Below are positions 1 through 12,620 of a DNA stretch of 64,000 nt, one piece after another. The DNA is from Eledone cirrhosa. Its lineage: Eukaryota. Within the stretch, counting starts at the first letter, position 1; the number at the start of each line of letters is the position of its first letter. The stretch covers positions 992,001 through 1,056,000 of the forward strand of contig OZ024746.1 in assembly GCA_964016885.1 (NCBI GenBank), given 5' to 3'. A program made the position numbers and the translations under genes. The notes under the pieces are model-generated. The model searched no databases. It was not told where the DNA came from and saw only the letters and a list, made by a program, of their open reading frames with translations.

Positions 1-249
1 AACCTTTACCGTAATATTCTGAAGTAGGTGTGTTTATTTCTATATTATTAGCATACTTATTTTGTTTGCTAATTATGGTAAATATTAAGTTGTGCACTAA
101 GTAGCTGATGTATATGATAAAGTTATATCTATGTATACACAGATCCAAGGTAAGACCTCGCCGGTGTGGTTATAACACATTTAGAGTGTGTTGATATGTA
201 AACATGTCAAATATAGTATTTTCCTGTGAATTGAAAAAAAAAATGATAT

Positions 250-847
250 TTTGGGGCCGTGTCCACGAGTGATGGAAGGCAGGAGGCTGAATTAAGTGCA
301 AGAATTGCAGAAGCTGGTGCAGTAATGTGCCAGCTTCAGCATTCAGAAGAAGGGAGGTAGGTGTAAAAGCCAAACTCACTATCTTCAATTTGGTATTTGT
401 GCCAACCCTTACCTATGGTCATGAATCTTGGGTAATGACCAAAAGAATATGATGATGGTTACAAGTGGCCAAAATGGGGGTTCCTCCGAAGGGTCTTTGG
501 AGTAACGTCACTTGATAGAGTGTAGCTCGGAGATCAGAGAGTCACTCGAGGTAGAGCTGTTACTTCTCCGAATTAAGAGATCACAGTTCCAATACTATGG
601 ACATGTGGTTAGAATGTCTCAAGAAAGAATCACTGGACAGATTTTACGGGTAAACCCAACTGACAGGAGACTCAGGGGTAGACTTGAGCAAGATGGTTGG
701 ATAACATCCATGAGCTAGGCTGGTCATGCTTGGGAATCCAGCTGAATTAGTTGGAGACTGTTGCTTCTGACAGGACCCACTGGAAGGAGTGTTTGAGGAC
801 TCTGCCCCACCACGACCTTCTCAGGAATAAGTGGGTAAAGTAAAAGA
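250..847 (+). mobile_element. Decayed 3' fragment of an Expander/Rex3-like RTE-clade LINE
   Basis: Translates with stops/frameshifts to ...KAKLTIFNLVFVPTLTYGHESWVMT...FLRRVFGVTSLDRV.SSEIRESLEVELLLLRIKRSQFQYYGHVVRM...RRLRGR..RWLD, the RTE post-RT C-terminal region closely resembling fish Rex3/Expander as recalled. Homologous copies lie at 10741, 45820, 58640 and 63030. Confidence 0.88.
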
Positions 848-927
848 TTATCATCACCGTTTAACGTCCATTTTCAATGCTAGCATGGGTTAGACGATAG
901 TATATAGAGAGCAAAGTGGTGTGGGGG

Positions 928-1170
928 GAGACAGACAGATAATACACAAACAGGCAGGCAGATAGACAGACATACAGACATGCAGACAGATAGATAGACA
1001 AACCAACAGAGAGGCAGAAAGAGAGAGACAGACAGATGGATAGGCAGAGAGAGAGACAGACAGATAGATGGGCAGAGACAGACAGACAGACAGACAGTCA
1101 GATAGATAGGCAGAGAGAGACAGACAGTCAGATAGATAGGCAGAGAGAGAGAGAGACAGACAAGCAGGTA
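928..1170. repeat. (GACA/GATA/GA)n compound microsatellite
   Basis: Direct inspection; explains ORFs 880..1338 and 890..1186. Confidence 0.9.
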
Positions 1171-1839
1171 AATAGTAAGTAGACAAAGAAGAAGTATTTC
1201 AAGAATGCTGGTAGAGAGGATGTGTGTTTGGAATTTGGAAAGATTCAACAGACTTGACAAAAAGATGGACTTTAAAGATATAGTTTTAAACATATTTAAA
1301 ATGAAATACCTCCTGCTGTTAAAATCTATTATTTCCACCTTATATTTATATATTCATTTTATTTTTAAGATTGTCAATGTTGTTAGATTGACATATCAAT
1401 ATGTTTTCTATGTGTAGTTTGTGATGTGAGGACAACCTTTTCTGATAGTGTAGACTGAAGCAAAACAACAGAAAATGGAGTCAAGAAAAAAAGAAGAAAA
1501 CATTTGTGTTTGTGTGGAATTGCTGATATAGAGAAATATGTATGTGTACACATATATTGATACACACACAGTTATCCATGCATGCAAGCACATTTATAGT
1601 TATAGTATATATTCATACAATATAACACACATACCACACACAAGATAACTTGATAAAGTGTAATACAGTAGCAGTTAGCTTGTACAATCTGTGTCAGTAA
1701 TTGGATGTGAGTGTGAGTGTGCATATATATATATATATATATTAAAAACATGAGAAGAAAGAAGAATACTGCGTGGTTTGCACATGGGTTACATATGATA
1801 AAAATAGTCCTTCGTCAGGGATTTTCCGACCATCATTGG

Positions 1840-1879
<40 letters not shown>

Positions 1880-1969
1880 AAGAGTTAAACAAAATTCAAT
1901 GAGTATATCAAAGAATGAGTTTTACAGTAGATTGGAAGCACTCTACGGAAAATAATTTTTCGGAGTTAT

Positions 1970-3357
1970 TAATATTAGAATATAAATATTAATAAAATAG
2001 ATGTTCTTTTTATCAATTACATTTTATTATACATATTTCGGATGTACAACAGTACGTCCTCATCAGACAAAATATGACATACCCTGAGATGTTAAATGGT
2101 TAAGATTTAATCAAGGTAGTGATTAACCTAAGAGAAAATTTAACCTTTATACCCTAATAATGAGAAAATGCGAAAACATAATAAATTCAATAGAGAATGT
2201 ATGAGTAAGAAAAACGTTGCTTGATGTACCAGTTATCGAGATTTTAATATGTATGATACTACAATTTATCTAGGAAAGCATTTCATGAATTATAACAGTC
2301 AGTGAGAGAGAGGGAAAGGTGGGGGTGGGGGGTGGGGGGTAATGTATGCAGAAGATTTTTTTCCGAAAGTTAGACGTTTGAAAATATTTAATTTATGTTA
2401 TCTTAGGGTGAAGAATCTTAGGGTTTTTTTTTAAATTGGTGGTTATTTATATATTAGTTTTGTAAATTTTATAAGTGTGTTAACATTTCTAAGCTTCTGA
2501 ATTTTTTGAGGATAACATTTAAAGGATTTAGCTGGCCATTAATAAGGAAAGTTTACACTGTTGAATATTTTCCTAAATGTAATCTTTAATGAAGTTAATC
2601 ATTGTCAACGTATTAGGAATGTAAAGCTTTTGAAGTACTTTTTGTTAGAAATATTTGAATAACGGTTATGTATATATATATATATATTAATTAATGATCC
2701 AGTATATTTTAGGTAAATGATAATGAAAATAAAAAGAAAATAATAGATTGAGGCATGTTAAAGTTAAATATATGCCCATATATAACCGTGTGTAAATGTA
2801 TTAATTATTTCTAGCTCAAAGTAAAAACAATCAAAAAATTTAGAAGTTAACTGAAAATTATGTATAGAAAGATACAGGGAGTTATATATGGATATATCTG
2901 TATTAGGTATTAGTGATACAGTATACTTTAGGTAAATGATAACGGTTATAATTTTATATAATAAAGTTCTACGTGTTAAAGTTAAATACATATATATATA
3001 AGAAAAACAATAATAAATGCATGGATAATTCATAGTTCAAAATAATGTTTATAATAATTTGTAATTTGGATATTTGCTCTATATTTGAATCATGGATATA
3101 AGAATGCAGTAGGTATATTTAAAAACATAGAAAATATAATTACATACATATTATAAATAAGAGATCAGAAATGCATGAAAATTCACAGTTATAAATAAGT
3201 TCAGTAAAGATGTAAGGGTTGGATATAAAAAGGGTTGGGTATGTCATGTATCATTACATTTTGTTGATGAGGATGTACTGTTGTACATCCAAAATATGTA
3301 TAATAAAATGTAATTGATCAAAAGAACATCTATTTTATTAATATTTATATTCTAATA
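1970..3357. mobile_element. Penelope-like remnant bounded by ~115-bp inverted repeats carrying hammerhead motifs
   Basis: 1970-2085 is the reverse complement of ~3237-3357 (aatattagaatataaatattaataaaatagatgttctttt...). The same terminal sequence recurs at ~12600-12712. The interior is AT-rich with no clear ORF. Confidence 0.65.
2020..2074 (-). ncRNA. Minimal type I hammerhead ribozyme (family A)
   Basis: Minus strand: TATTTTGT-CTGATGA-GGACGTAC tgtt GTACATCC-GAAA-T ATGT A-TA-ATAAAATG. All core nucleotides are present, stems I and II pair, and the stem III region (ATATGTAT) is self-complementary. Confidence 0.75.
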
Positions 3358-3787
3358 TATATATATATATATATATAGGTAGTAGATGTGCAATATGCAA
3401 TATATATGTATAGATAGATGGACATTAAATGGTGATGATGATAAAATGAACTTCTACTGTTTCTGTCAACCAAATTTCACTCTCAGTACATTGGATAACC
3501 TAATGCTATAGTTTTCTTCTTGTTGTATATGAGACTGCCTCAGGTTGTTCTCATTAACTTGATTGAGATCAGTGACCAGTGACTCATTTTTAGTGTCCAC
3601 AATGAGGAGATCAACAAACTTGGGCCCCAATGCTATAGTAGAAGATACTTGCCTAAGGTATCACACAGAGGGACTGAACACATTGGCATGGTTTCAATAC
3701 TTAGCTGCCCATCCTATCTCAACAACTTTACAGAGTGTACTGGGTGATTTTATCGTGTTGCCAACAATGTTGTTTTGTGCTTGACAC

Positions 3788-4008
3788 ATATATATATATA
3801 TAATATATATATATATATTATATATATATGTAATATATTCCATATATATATATTATATATGTAATATATTACATATATATATATATTATATATATATATA
3901 TATATTACATATATATATATATTATATATATATATATTATATATATATATATATATTACATATATATATATTATATATATATATATTATATATATATATA
4001 TATATATG

Positions 4009-4045
<37 letters not shown>

Positions 4046-4313
4046 ATATATATATATATGTAATATATATATATATGTAATATATATATATATATATTAT
4101 ATGTAGGAGGTGAGTTTTATTGTAGTACAATAAAGCAATGCAGATATCAGATAAGAAGCACTCTACAGTTTGTAGGACTGGAGTATACATAATATATAAG
4201 AACAAAAGATGTTGATTTATTTGTTTTTGAAATGCGCATAATAAAATACATGGAACTCTTTTAACCATCTTTTGTTCTTATATATTATATATATATTATA
4301 TATATATATATAT

Positions 4314-4360
<47 letters not shown>

Positions 4361-4595
4361 ATATATATATTATATATATATATATTACATATATATATAT
4401 ATATTACATATATATATATATTACATATATATATATATATTACATATATATATATTACATATATATATATATATTACATATATATATATATTATAAATAT
4501 ATATTATATATATATATTACATATATATATATATATTATATATATATATATTACATATATATATATATTACATATATATATATATTACATATATA
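3788..4595. repeat. (TA)n-rich microsatellite blocks
   Basis: Two degenerate (TA)n tracts, 3788-4105 and 4280-4595. Confidence 0.9.
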
Positions 4596-4597
4596 CA

Positions 4598-5205
4598 TAA
4601 GACGACAGCTGTATAAAAAAGTGCAGGGCGATCAAAATTGATGGTAGTTACGGAGTAGGTAGACCCAGAAAAATCTGGGACGATCTGATAAATTCCGACC
4701 TTACACACTTGCACCTCTCTAAGACAATGTCACTGGACCGAGATCTTTGGCGCTATGCAGTAATACAGAAGACCCGCCTTGCCTATGTACAAAGCGAAAT
4801 CTACAGTCAGTAGGCACCTCTTAACCAAATATACACCCCAATCCACTACCCCTACCCTATCCTCCCACTCCCACCAACACAACCCCCTCTCTATAAAGTT
4901 GGTACCACAACATCCAGTCCAAATAAATGAGATAAATGAGATCGAGATCGTGTAGGTGTCACGAGAAAAAACACACAGTCCACGCTGTAATGTGGCCGTG
5001 TAGGTAACATGGTAAAAACCTCCCAGTTCCACACTGTAAATGTGGTTGGTGTTAGGAAGGGCATCCAGCCGTAGAAAACCTGCCAGATAGTCCTATATGA
5101 GTGAGACACGGTCACCCGACCAACCTTGCTTTAAGTGGGACAACTCCCGTCTAACCCATGCTAGCGTGGAAAGTGGACGTTAAATGAGGATGATGATGAT
5201 GATGA
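4598..5205 (+). mobile_element. RTE LINE 3' end (family B): ORF tail, 3' UTR and (GAT)n tail
   Basis: Translates KDDSCIKKC.AIKIDGS..VGRPRKIWDD, followed by a UTR ending ctaacccatgctagcgtggaaagtggacgttaaatga(tga)n. A longer inverted homolog is at 54883-55630. Confidence 0.8.
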
Positions 5206-5213
5206 TATATATT

Positions 5214-5245
<32 letters not shown>

Positions 5246-5246
5246 T

Positions 5247-5319
<73 letters not shown>

Positions 5320-5324
<5 letters not shown>

Positions 5325-5748
5325 TATTTGGTAATACACTATATGCTTAATTAAAAGCATTTTGTAGACCTTACGCTATTGTTTTAAAGTAGTGACTGAC
5401 ATCTTTTTTCAGCAAACAAAGAGAGATAAGCCGATAGATCTCTGTTTCATACTGTTGGTACTCCTCAGAGCTTAGCACTCCCTTTGCTTGTTGAAAATTA
5501 TGAATGTTGGATTCTTATAGAATTCCAGTAATAATCAGGAACTGATTATACAGAGCGGTTGCCGGTCCAACAAAATTTGAAAATTAGAATTGGTGCTTTG
5601 TTTGTTGAAAAAAGAAGTGACATAGTCACTTCTTTAAAACAATAGCATAAGGTCTTCAAAATGCTTGTAATGAAACATACAGTGTATTGCAAAATACACT
5701 GTATATACATTCATATATATATCGCTATTTCAGAGCAGCAATTCTAAT
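5320..5748 (-). mobile_element. Non-coding element with ~100-bp inverted repeats and an internal hammerhead (family B), copy 1
   Basis: Reverse-complement homolog of 13527-13955; arms at ~5320-5420 and ~5600-5700 are inverted. Confidence 0.75.
5427..5474 (-). ncRNA. Type I hammerhead ribozyme (family B)
   Basis: Minus strand: TAAGCT-CTGAGGA-GTAC caaca GTAT-GAAA-CAGAGATCTA-TC-GGCTTA. It has a 6-bp stem I, 4-bp stem II, palindromic AGATCT in stem III and an AUC site. There is a C15.2-A16.2 mismatch. Confidence 0.65.
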
Positions 5749-6310
5749 ATATATATATCTGGGAAATCAGTAGGCCAGCTTTAGTACTGACTTGGTCTAT
5801 GTAGACCCATTCAACCCTTGTTAGCAGGGAAAACAGACATTAAAACAATGATGATGATGATGATGACATATATATAATATATATATCATGAGAGAGAGTG
5901 TGTGAGTGAGAGATAGAGAGAGAGAGAGAGACTAGTGGTGTGCAGCACATGGTGAAGATTTCTCTACTTAATTGACTGACATAAGCAACTGCTGTGTGAA
6001 GACTTCTTGAATGGTTTGCATATGGAGGGGAAGAAGGTGAAGAATTGAGGTGCATTCAGTTGCAGCTGGTGGAAGCAGCTCTTACCAATCTCATTTTCTA
6101 CCACTGATCATCCTAATCTACCTCTTTATATATATATATATATCTTTCCCTCCCTCTCTCTCTATATACATCTATCTATCTATCTCTCTCTCCTTCTCCT
6201 CTCACCCCCCTCTCACCCTATCTCTCTCTCTATATATATATATATATGTGTGTGTGTGTATACTCAATATCAATATAGTGTAGAGCAGAGTAACTGCAGT
6301 GTTGGTGGTT

Positions 6311-6704
6311 CCACTGGACTGTGCCACCATTGAGGCACACCTCAACCCAGTGACACCAATGTTTCTGCCACTGGACTGTGCCACCATTGAGGCACACCTC
6401 AGCCCAGTGGCACCAATGTTGCTGCCACTGGACTGTGCCACCATTGAGGCACACCTCAGCCCAGTGACACCAATGTTTCTGCCACTGGACTGTGCCACCA
6501 TTGAGGCACACCTCAACCCAGTGACACCAATGTTTCTGCCACTGGACTGTGCCACCATTGAGGCACACCTCAGCCCAGTGGCACCAATGTTGCTGCCACT
6601 GGACTGTGCCACCATTGAGGCACACCTCAGCCCAGTGACACCAATGTTTCTGCCACTGGACTGTGCCACCATTGAGGCACACCTCAGCCCAGTGGCAGCA
6701 CCAA
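6311..6704. repeat. 57-bp minisatellite, ~7 copies
   Basis: Unit ccactggactgtgccaccattgaggcacacctcagcccagtgacaccaatgtttctg; variants recur every 3 units (171 bp). Confidence 0.95.
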
Positions 6705-6767
6705 TATCAGCAAAAATGAACAAATAATACTGCTAAAATTAATGGCTGTATCTGTTTAATTGTGGAT

Positions 6768-7397
6768 ATGTATATATGTATGAGTGTGTGTGTGTGTGTA
6801 TATGTGTGTGTGCATGTGAATGTAAGTGTGTGTATGTATGAGTGTGTGTGTATATGTGTGTGCATGTGAATGTAAGTGTGTGTATATGTGTGTGTGCATG
6901 TGAATGTAAGTGTGTGTATGTATGAGTGTGTGTGTGTATATGTGTGTGCATGTGAATGTGTGTATGTATGAGTGTGTGTGTGTATATATGTGTCCATGTG
7001 AATGTAGGTGTGTGTATGTGTGTGAGTGTGTGTATATATGTGTGTGTGTATATATGTATGTGTGTGTGTGTGTATATGTGTGTGTGCGTGTGAATGTGTG
7101 TGTATGTAAGTGTGTGTGTGTGTATATGTGTGTGTGTGCATGTGAATGTAAGTGTGTAAGTATGTGTGTATGTAAGTGTGTGTGTGTATATGTGTGAGTG
7201 TCATCAGTGTGTTGACAGCTGTAAGAGAAGGTGTCTGCAATGGCAGTGTTCACCTACAGCAATATACTGCACAACACTGCAGAGACAAACAAAAACAACA
7301 ACAGCAATAACAACAACAATAACAATAACAACAATAACAGCAATAACAACAATAACAACAACAACAGCAATAACAACAATAACAACAACAACAATAA
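6768..7397. repeat. (TG)n-rich and (AAC/AAT)n microsatellites
   Basis: Direct inspection. Confidence 0.9.
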
Positions 7398-7471
7398 AGT
7401 TATTTTCTTTACATGAAGCTTAAATTAATCTTGGTCCTACACAAAACAAGCATACATTGAGAAACAGACAC

Positions 7472-7486
7472 AGTTATGTATAAATA

Positions 7487-7527
<41 letters not shown>

Positions 7528-7943
7528 TTATGTATAAATATGTGGTGTATATATATATATATATATAGTTATGTATAAATATGTGGTGTATATATATATA
7601 TATAGTTATGTATAAATATGTGGTGTATATATATATATATATAGTTATGTATAAATATGTGGTGTATATATATATATAAATAGTTATGTATAAATATGTG
7701 GTGTATATATATATATACACCACATATATATACGGAGGTGGTGAGAACAGACCTCAGATCATTGAAGCTCATGGTGGAGATGACGAGGGACCGTGACGAG
7801 TGGAGAGATGCTGTGCTGAATAAGACCCGTCCCACCCTTGCAAGCAGGGAAAAGCGGACGTAAAATGATGATGATGATGATGATGATATAGTTATGTATA
7901 AATATGTGGTGTATATATATATATAGTTATGTATGAATATGTG

Positions 7944-8000
<57 letters not shown>

Positions 8001-8092
8001 TGTATAAATATGTGGTGTATATATATATATAGTTATGTATAAATATGTGGTGTATATATATATATATATAGTTATGCATAAATATGTGATGT
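7472..8092. repeat. gttatgtataaatatgtggtg(ta)n minisatellite interrupted by an RTE 3' fragment at 7734-7885
   Basis: The unit repeats >10 times. The insert reads [31 protein letters not shown] plus a (GAT)n tail. One more unit lies at ~9058-9120. Confidence 0.85.
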
Positions 8093-8097
8093 GTTTC

Positions 8098-9055
8098 TAG
8101 GGCGGGTAAAATTCCCGAAATCCATGGGCAAGTTCTCTCCAACAGTCTCTGTCCCTCATTATCGCTGCCATGTCCTGCGTCTCCAACAGACCAGTGTCTG
8201 TCCTTAGGGCATCAACATACGTTAACCTTGGTCTTCCTCTTCCAGTGTGTCCATGCAGGGGCTCCCACAGGAGCACTGAGTGCAATGTCAACTCTGGATG
8301 TCGGTGAGCTGACTTTTGGGAGGCTCGCATACAGTTCTGAGTTTTTCATCCTCAGTGTATACTGATTAATGTTCAGAGCTATCCTCAGCATTCTCGTGTA
8401 GCACCCATCAACCATCTGAGTGAGTTTCTTGGTCAGTGTCCAAGTCTCAGACCCGTACAGCAGCACAGACTCCACTACAGCAACGAAGAGGCGGATTTTC
8501 AGGTCTTTACGAAGGTCCGACTTCCACACTGATCTCCAGCTGTAGCACGCCACCCAGGCTTTGCTCTTCCTCTCAACCACATCATCTTCCGTATTCCCAA
8601 TCTTTGCTCCCAAATACAGGAAGTCCTCAACCAATTCTAGTGGCTTCCCGCCTACATTAGTGATCCCCTCTGGCCTCTCAATATTCTCTACCAGATATTT
8701 TGTTTTAGTCTCATTCATTCTCAGCCCCACACTCATCGACACAGTCTCCACCTCCTGCATCAAATCCTCTGCCTCCTTCACTGTATTTGTCACCAAAACT
8801 ATGTCGTCGGCAAACTCAGCATCCGATACCTTTTTCGCCTTAACTCTCCAGCTCTGAGCCGGTGTTACAGTAAAGCCAGAGTCCTGGTGTTTCTCCAGTG
8901 CAAGGCGCATACAATAGTCCACTACGATGATAGGTAGGGAGCCAATGTATCTGGAGCACTCCAGCCAGTATCTCAAAGAACTCTGTCATCCCATCAGGTG
9001 TAATGACTTGGGCTTTGGTCTTGGTGTAGAGCAATGATATCAGGTCCACTATCTT
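8098..9055 (-). mobile_element. 5'-truncated RTE LINE: reverse-transcriptase C-terminal half to ORF end, frameshifted
   Basis: ORFs 8840..9049, 8212..8976 and 8097..8330 give TEFFEILAGVLQ, catalytic AEFADDIVL, GLRMNETKTK, FLYLG, SVLLYGSETWTLTK and GRGRPRLTYVD. Confidence 0.92.
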
Positions 9056-9130
9056 CTTGTGGTGTGTATATATATATATATATATATATACATACAGTTA
9101 TGTATAAATATGTGTGTATATATATATATA

Positions 9131-9372
9131 TCATCATCATCATCATCATCATTTTACGTCCGCTTTTCCCTACTTGCAAGGGTGGGACGGGAACTGATTC
9201 TGCCTTGATTTCTACAGCTGGATGCCCTTCCTAACACCAACCTCATTTACAGTGAGTGCTGGGTGCTTTTTGCCATGGCACCTCCACGACCACTTTGCAG
9301 TGGAATGATAGGGACCCCAGTCCCTATCATCTGATTTCTACAGCTGAGTAAACTGGAGCAATGTGAAATAAA
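9131..9372 (-). mobile_element. CORE-type SINE, 5'-truncated
   Basis: Near-identical to the 3' part of the full copy at 15898-16245; has an RTE-like tail plus (GAT)n. Confidence 0.85.
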
Positions 9373-9390
9373 ATATATATATATATATGT

Positions 9391-9687
9391 GGAGGCACAT
9401 GGCTTAGTGGTTAGAGCATTGGCCTTGCAATCGAAAGGTTGTGAGTTCAATTCTCAGACCGGGTAATGTGTTGTTTCCTTGAGCAAGACACTTTATTTCA
9501 CATTGCTCCAGTTTACTCAGCTGTAGAAGTGGTCGTGGAGGTGCCACGGAAAAAAAGCACCCAGCACTAACTGTAAATGAGGTTGGTGTTAGGAAGGGCA
9601 TCCAGCTGTAGAAATCAAGCCACAATCAGTTCCCGTCCCGCCCTTGCAAGCAGGGAAAAGCGGACGTAAAAATGAAATGATGATGAT
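9391..9687 (+). mobile_element. tRNA-derived CORE-type SINE (octopus OR-like)
   Basis: A box TGGCTTAGTGG, B box GAGTTCAATTC, CORE-like CCTTGAGCAAGACACTT...CAGTTTACTCAGCTGTAGAA, and an RTE-type tail. Confidence 0.85.
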
Positions 9688-10024
9688 ATATATTATGTCG
9701 GGTCACTCTCGAGAGCTACTGGTAACATATAACCCAGTACAACCTGTCGCATGGTCGGTTCGTCGGTGACTAAACCAGAAACCCCACCAGGTTTACTTGG
9801 TAAGGAGGGTTATATTTGGACACCCTGCAGGACAAAGAACAAAACCTGACAAAGGGCGAAGAACTCATAAGAGTCAACGGCCATCCAAAAATGTGTAAAT
9901 ATGTATATACACATGTACATGTGTATGTGTATGTATATGTGTATATGCATGGGTGCATGTGTATGTATATATATATATATTTATATTCAAGTATACATAT
10001 GTATATTCAAGTATATATATATGC

Positions 10025-10368
10025 ACGGGGACATAGAAATAATCGGGCTGGATACCAAATCACGCGGTTAAACGACTGGGAGTGAAGGACCCCTAGTCTT
10101 TGTCAGGGCATTCTTCTAGGAGAAGGCAACTCTGGAAACTGGGATAACTCCGATATAAAACCTGCGGCTCAGTAGTTACCGATGATGTTGATCTTTTCTT
10201 CTATCCGGGTTATAGCTACTGTCGCTCAGAGAGTGGGATTGGCTCAGTGCACCGTCTTTCCGCACTTTAAAAACAATCTTTACGCACAGGCATTGCACAA
10301 TAGCATTAATTGATAACTATCAATAATGTTATATCATGCAATGGCCATACTCGTTAACGAGGGGGCAG

Positions 10369-10375
<7 letters not shown>
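10025..10375 (+). mobile_element. Short non-autonomous RTE derivative (RTE-like 5' UTR joined to a 3' end)
   Basis: GGGCATTCTTCTAGGAGAAGGCAACTCTG...AAACC resembles RTE 5' UTR motifs. The 3' end caatggccatactcgttaacgagggggcagc matches 55830-55860. Confidence 0.5.
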
Positions 10376-10422
<47 letters not shown>

Positions 10423-10740
10423 TAAATTGATGTATAGATATAGATATTCACAACCATTTTGAAAACCATCATGTTTTCTAGCAAGATGTGTGTGTGTGTG
10501 GTTTGTGTGTGTGGTTTGTGTGTGTGGTTGTGTGTGTGGTTGTGTGTTTGTGGTTGTGTTTGTGGTTTGTTTGTGTGTGTGGTTGTGTGTTTGTGGTTGT
10601 GTGTGTGGTTGTGGTTTGTGTGTAAGTATTTTCATGCATAATTCATCCTCATCATTTTTCTATGGTGGTCTAGGTTGGTCTCTCTCTATATATATATCTA
10701 TCTGTATTTATATACACATACACACAACATACACATATAT

Positions 10741-11155
10741 CTTCTTCTTCTCCCACTTATTCCTGTGAGGCTTGTGGGCTCAGAGTCCTCAGTCACTCCT
10801 TTCAGTAGGTCCTGTCAAAAGGAACAGTCTCCAACTGATCTGGTTGGATCGCTAAGCAACACCGGCCAAGCTCATGGATGTTATCCAACCATCTTGCTCA
10901 GGGTCTACCCCTGGGTCTCCTGCCAGTTGGTTTTTCCCGTAAAGTCTGCCCAGTGATTCTTTCCTGAGACATTCTATCCACATACCCAGAGTATCTGAGT
11001 TGTGATCTCTCAATTCAGAGAAGTAACAGCTCTACCTCGAGTGACTCTCTCATCTCCGAGCTACACTCTATTGAGTGACGTTACTCCAAAGACCCTTCGG
11101 AGGAACCCCATTTTGGCTGCTTGTATTTGCAATCGTATTCTTTTGGTCATTACCC
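10741..11155 (-). mobile_element. Expander/Rex3-like RTE 3' fragment
   Basis: Reverse-complement homolog of 430-845, with a (GAA)n tail. Confidence 0.85.
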
Positions 11156-11702
11156 TGCTCCTGCAATTCTTGTACTTAATTATATATAATGGTGATGGTG
11201 ATGATGATAATGGTGGTGTTTGTGCTGATAATGATGATGGTGGTTATGGTGGTGGTGATGGTGATGATGATAATGGTGGTGTTTGTGCTGATAATGATGA
11301 TGGTGGTTATGGTGGTGGTGGTTATGGTGATGATGATGATGATAGTAGTGGTTATGATGATGATGGTGATGATGATAGGCCATCTGCTGCTAAAGTAATT
11401 TAACTGTAGTTCAGTTAAGTCACAGTTTTAATATATAAAGCAATGAAATTTAACTACACAAAACTATGATCTATTATATAACAGAAGAATTACATAATTT
11501 AGTCAATGACAGTATTTTATCATTTAGTCTTTGACAGAAGAAATGTTTTGATTCAAATTAAACTCTTGTAATTCCTCCGATTTACAGCGTCATAACCTTT
11601 TGATGGTTTTTACACTGACTTAAGCTGAGAAATTATTTCAATATATGGTCTGTATAATTAATCATATGCTACACTTGCTAGTGTTATTAAACATTGATTG
11701 CT

Positions 11703-12050
11703 TACTCTTGGGTCCCAAATAATGGGGGGGGGGTAAACGGGGGAGGGTCGATAATTTTTAGGTTGTCTCCATTGATTTTTTAAAAGCCAGAATTAGTCGT
11801 TTAGTTTACATATTGAGACCCAACCCATCCTATTTATTTTATAACATATGAGATTTCTAGTAATGTACTTTTTTTTTGTCATGTATAATGTTTTTTTAAT
11901 GTCTAAAGAAAATTGTCAGAGGAATGTTACCACTAAAAATAAAAATTCCCCGGAGATAGATTAGTAAAATTTAATAAGAGCAGTGGGGTGGGAAAATATC
12001 TGAAAAATTAATAAGCTGGGGAGGGTCCAATTATTGGAGATCTGAAAGTA
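11703..12050. mobile_element. MITE (Tc1/mariner-pogo-like, TA termini)
   Basis: Imperfect TIRs tactcttgggtcccaaataat / attattggagatctgaaagta; partial inverted homolog at 39244-39460. Confidence 0.65.
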
Positions 12051-12620
12051 TGTAAAATGAATTGTTATTACAGACAGAAAGCTATGATTCTGATCAACAA
12101 CTATAATATAAATACATTGAAAAGTTGGCTGTTGTTTGAAGTGGTTTGGGTATTTATTAAAATCCCACTGCTTAATAATCTCTGCAGTATATATTGACTA
12201 GTAAACTTGCTGAGCTAGCAATAAATAATTACTTCCTCCCATTTAAGTGAGATAATGACCACCATTTTAACTTGTGCTGTTGAAATATGAGAACCAAGAT
12301 CATTCTACGTAGATTCTGAGTTAAGAAACCTCTGTTGTGGTATACTCAGATGGAATTACCATTTACGAATAAATTGAAAATTGAGGGTCAATAAGTCAAC
12401 ATCAATTTTCTAATTTTCTTATATTAACACCATTAAAAGAGTAAAGAGTATATATATATAGTGTGTGTGTGTGTAGAGTAAAGAGTATATATATATAGTG
12501 TGTGTGTGTAAGTAGACTGAAAGTCAGTGTTGCAGCAGGTGTAGAAACTTTGTTGGTATATTACATGAATACTACCCAACACGACCCTCATAACAACATC
12601 TCAGGGTATGTCATGTATCA

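Noticed and set aside
139-156. cag-ATCCAAG-gtaaga micro-exon or donor
   Set aside because: No polypyrimidine tract, and a 7-nt length; compatible with chance.
9391-9465. tRNA gene (also 16170-16245 and 47101-47175)
   Set aside because: The A/B boxes run directly into a SINE body and tail, and there is no intact acceptor stem.
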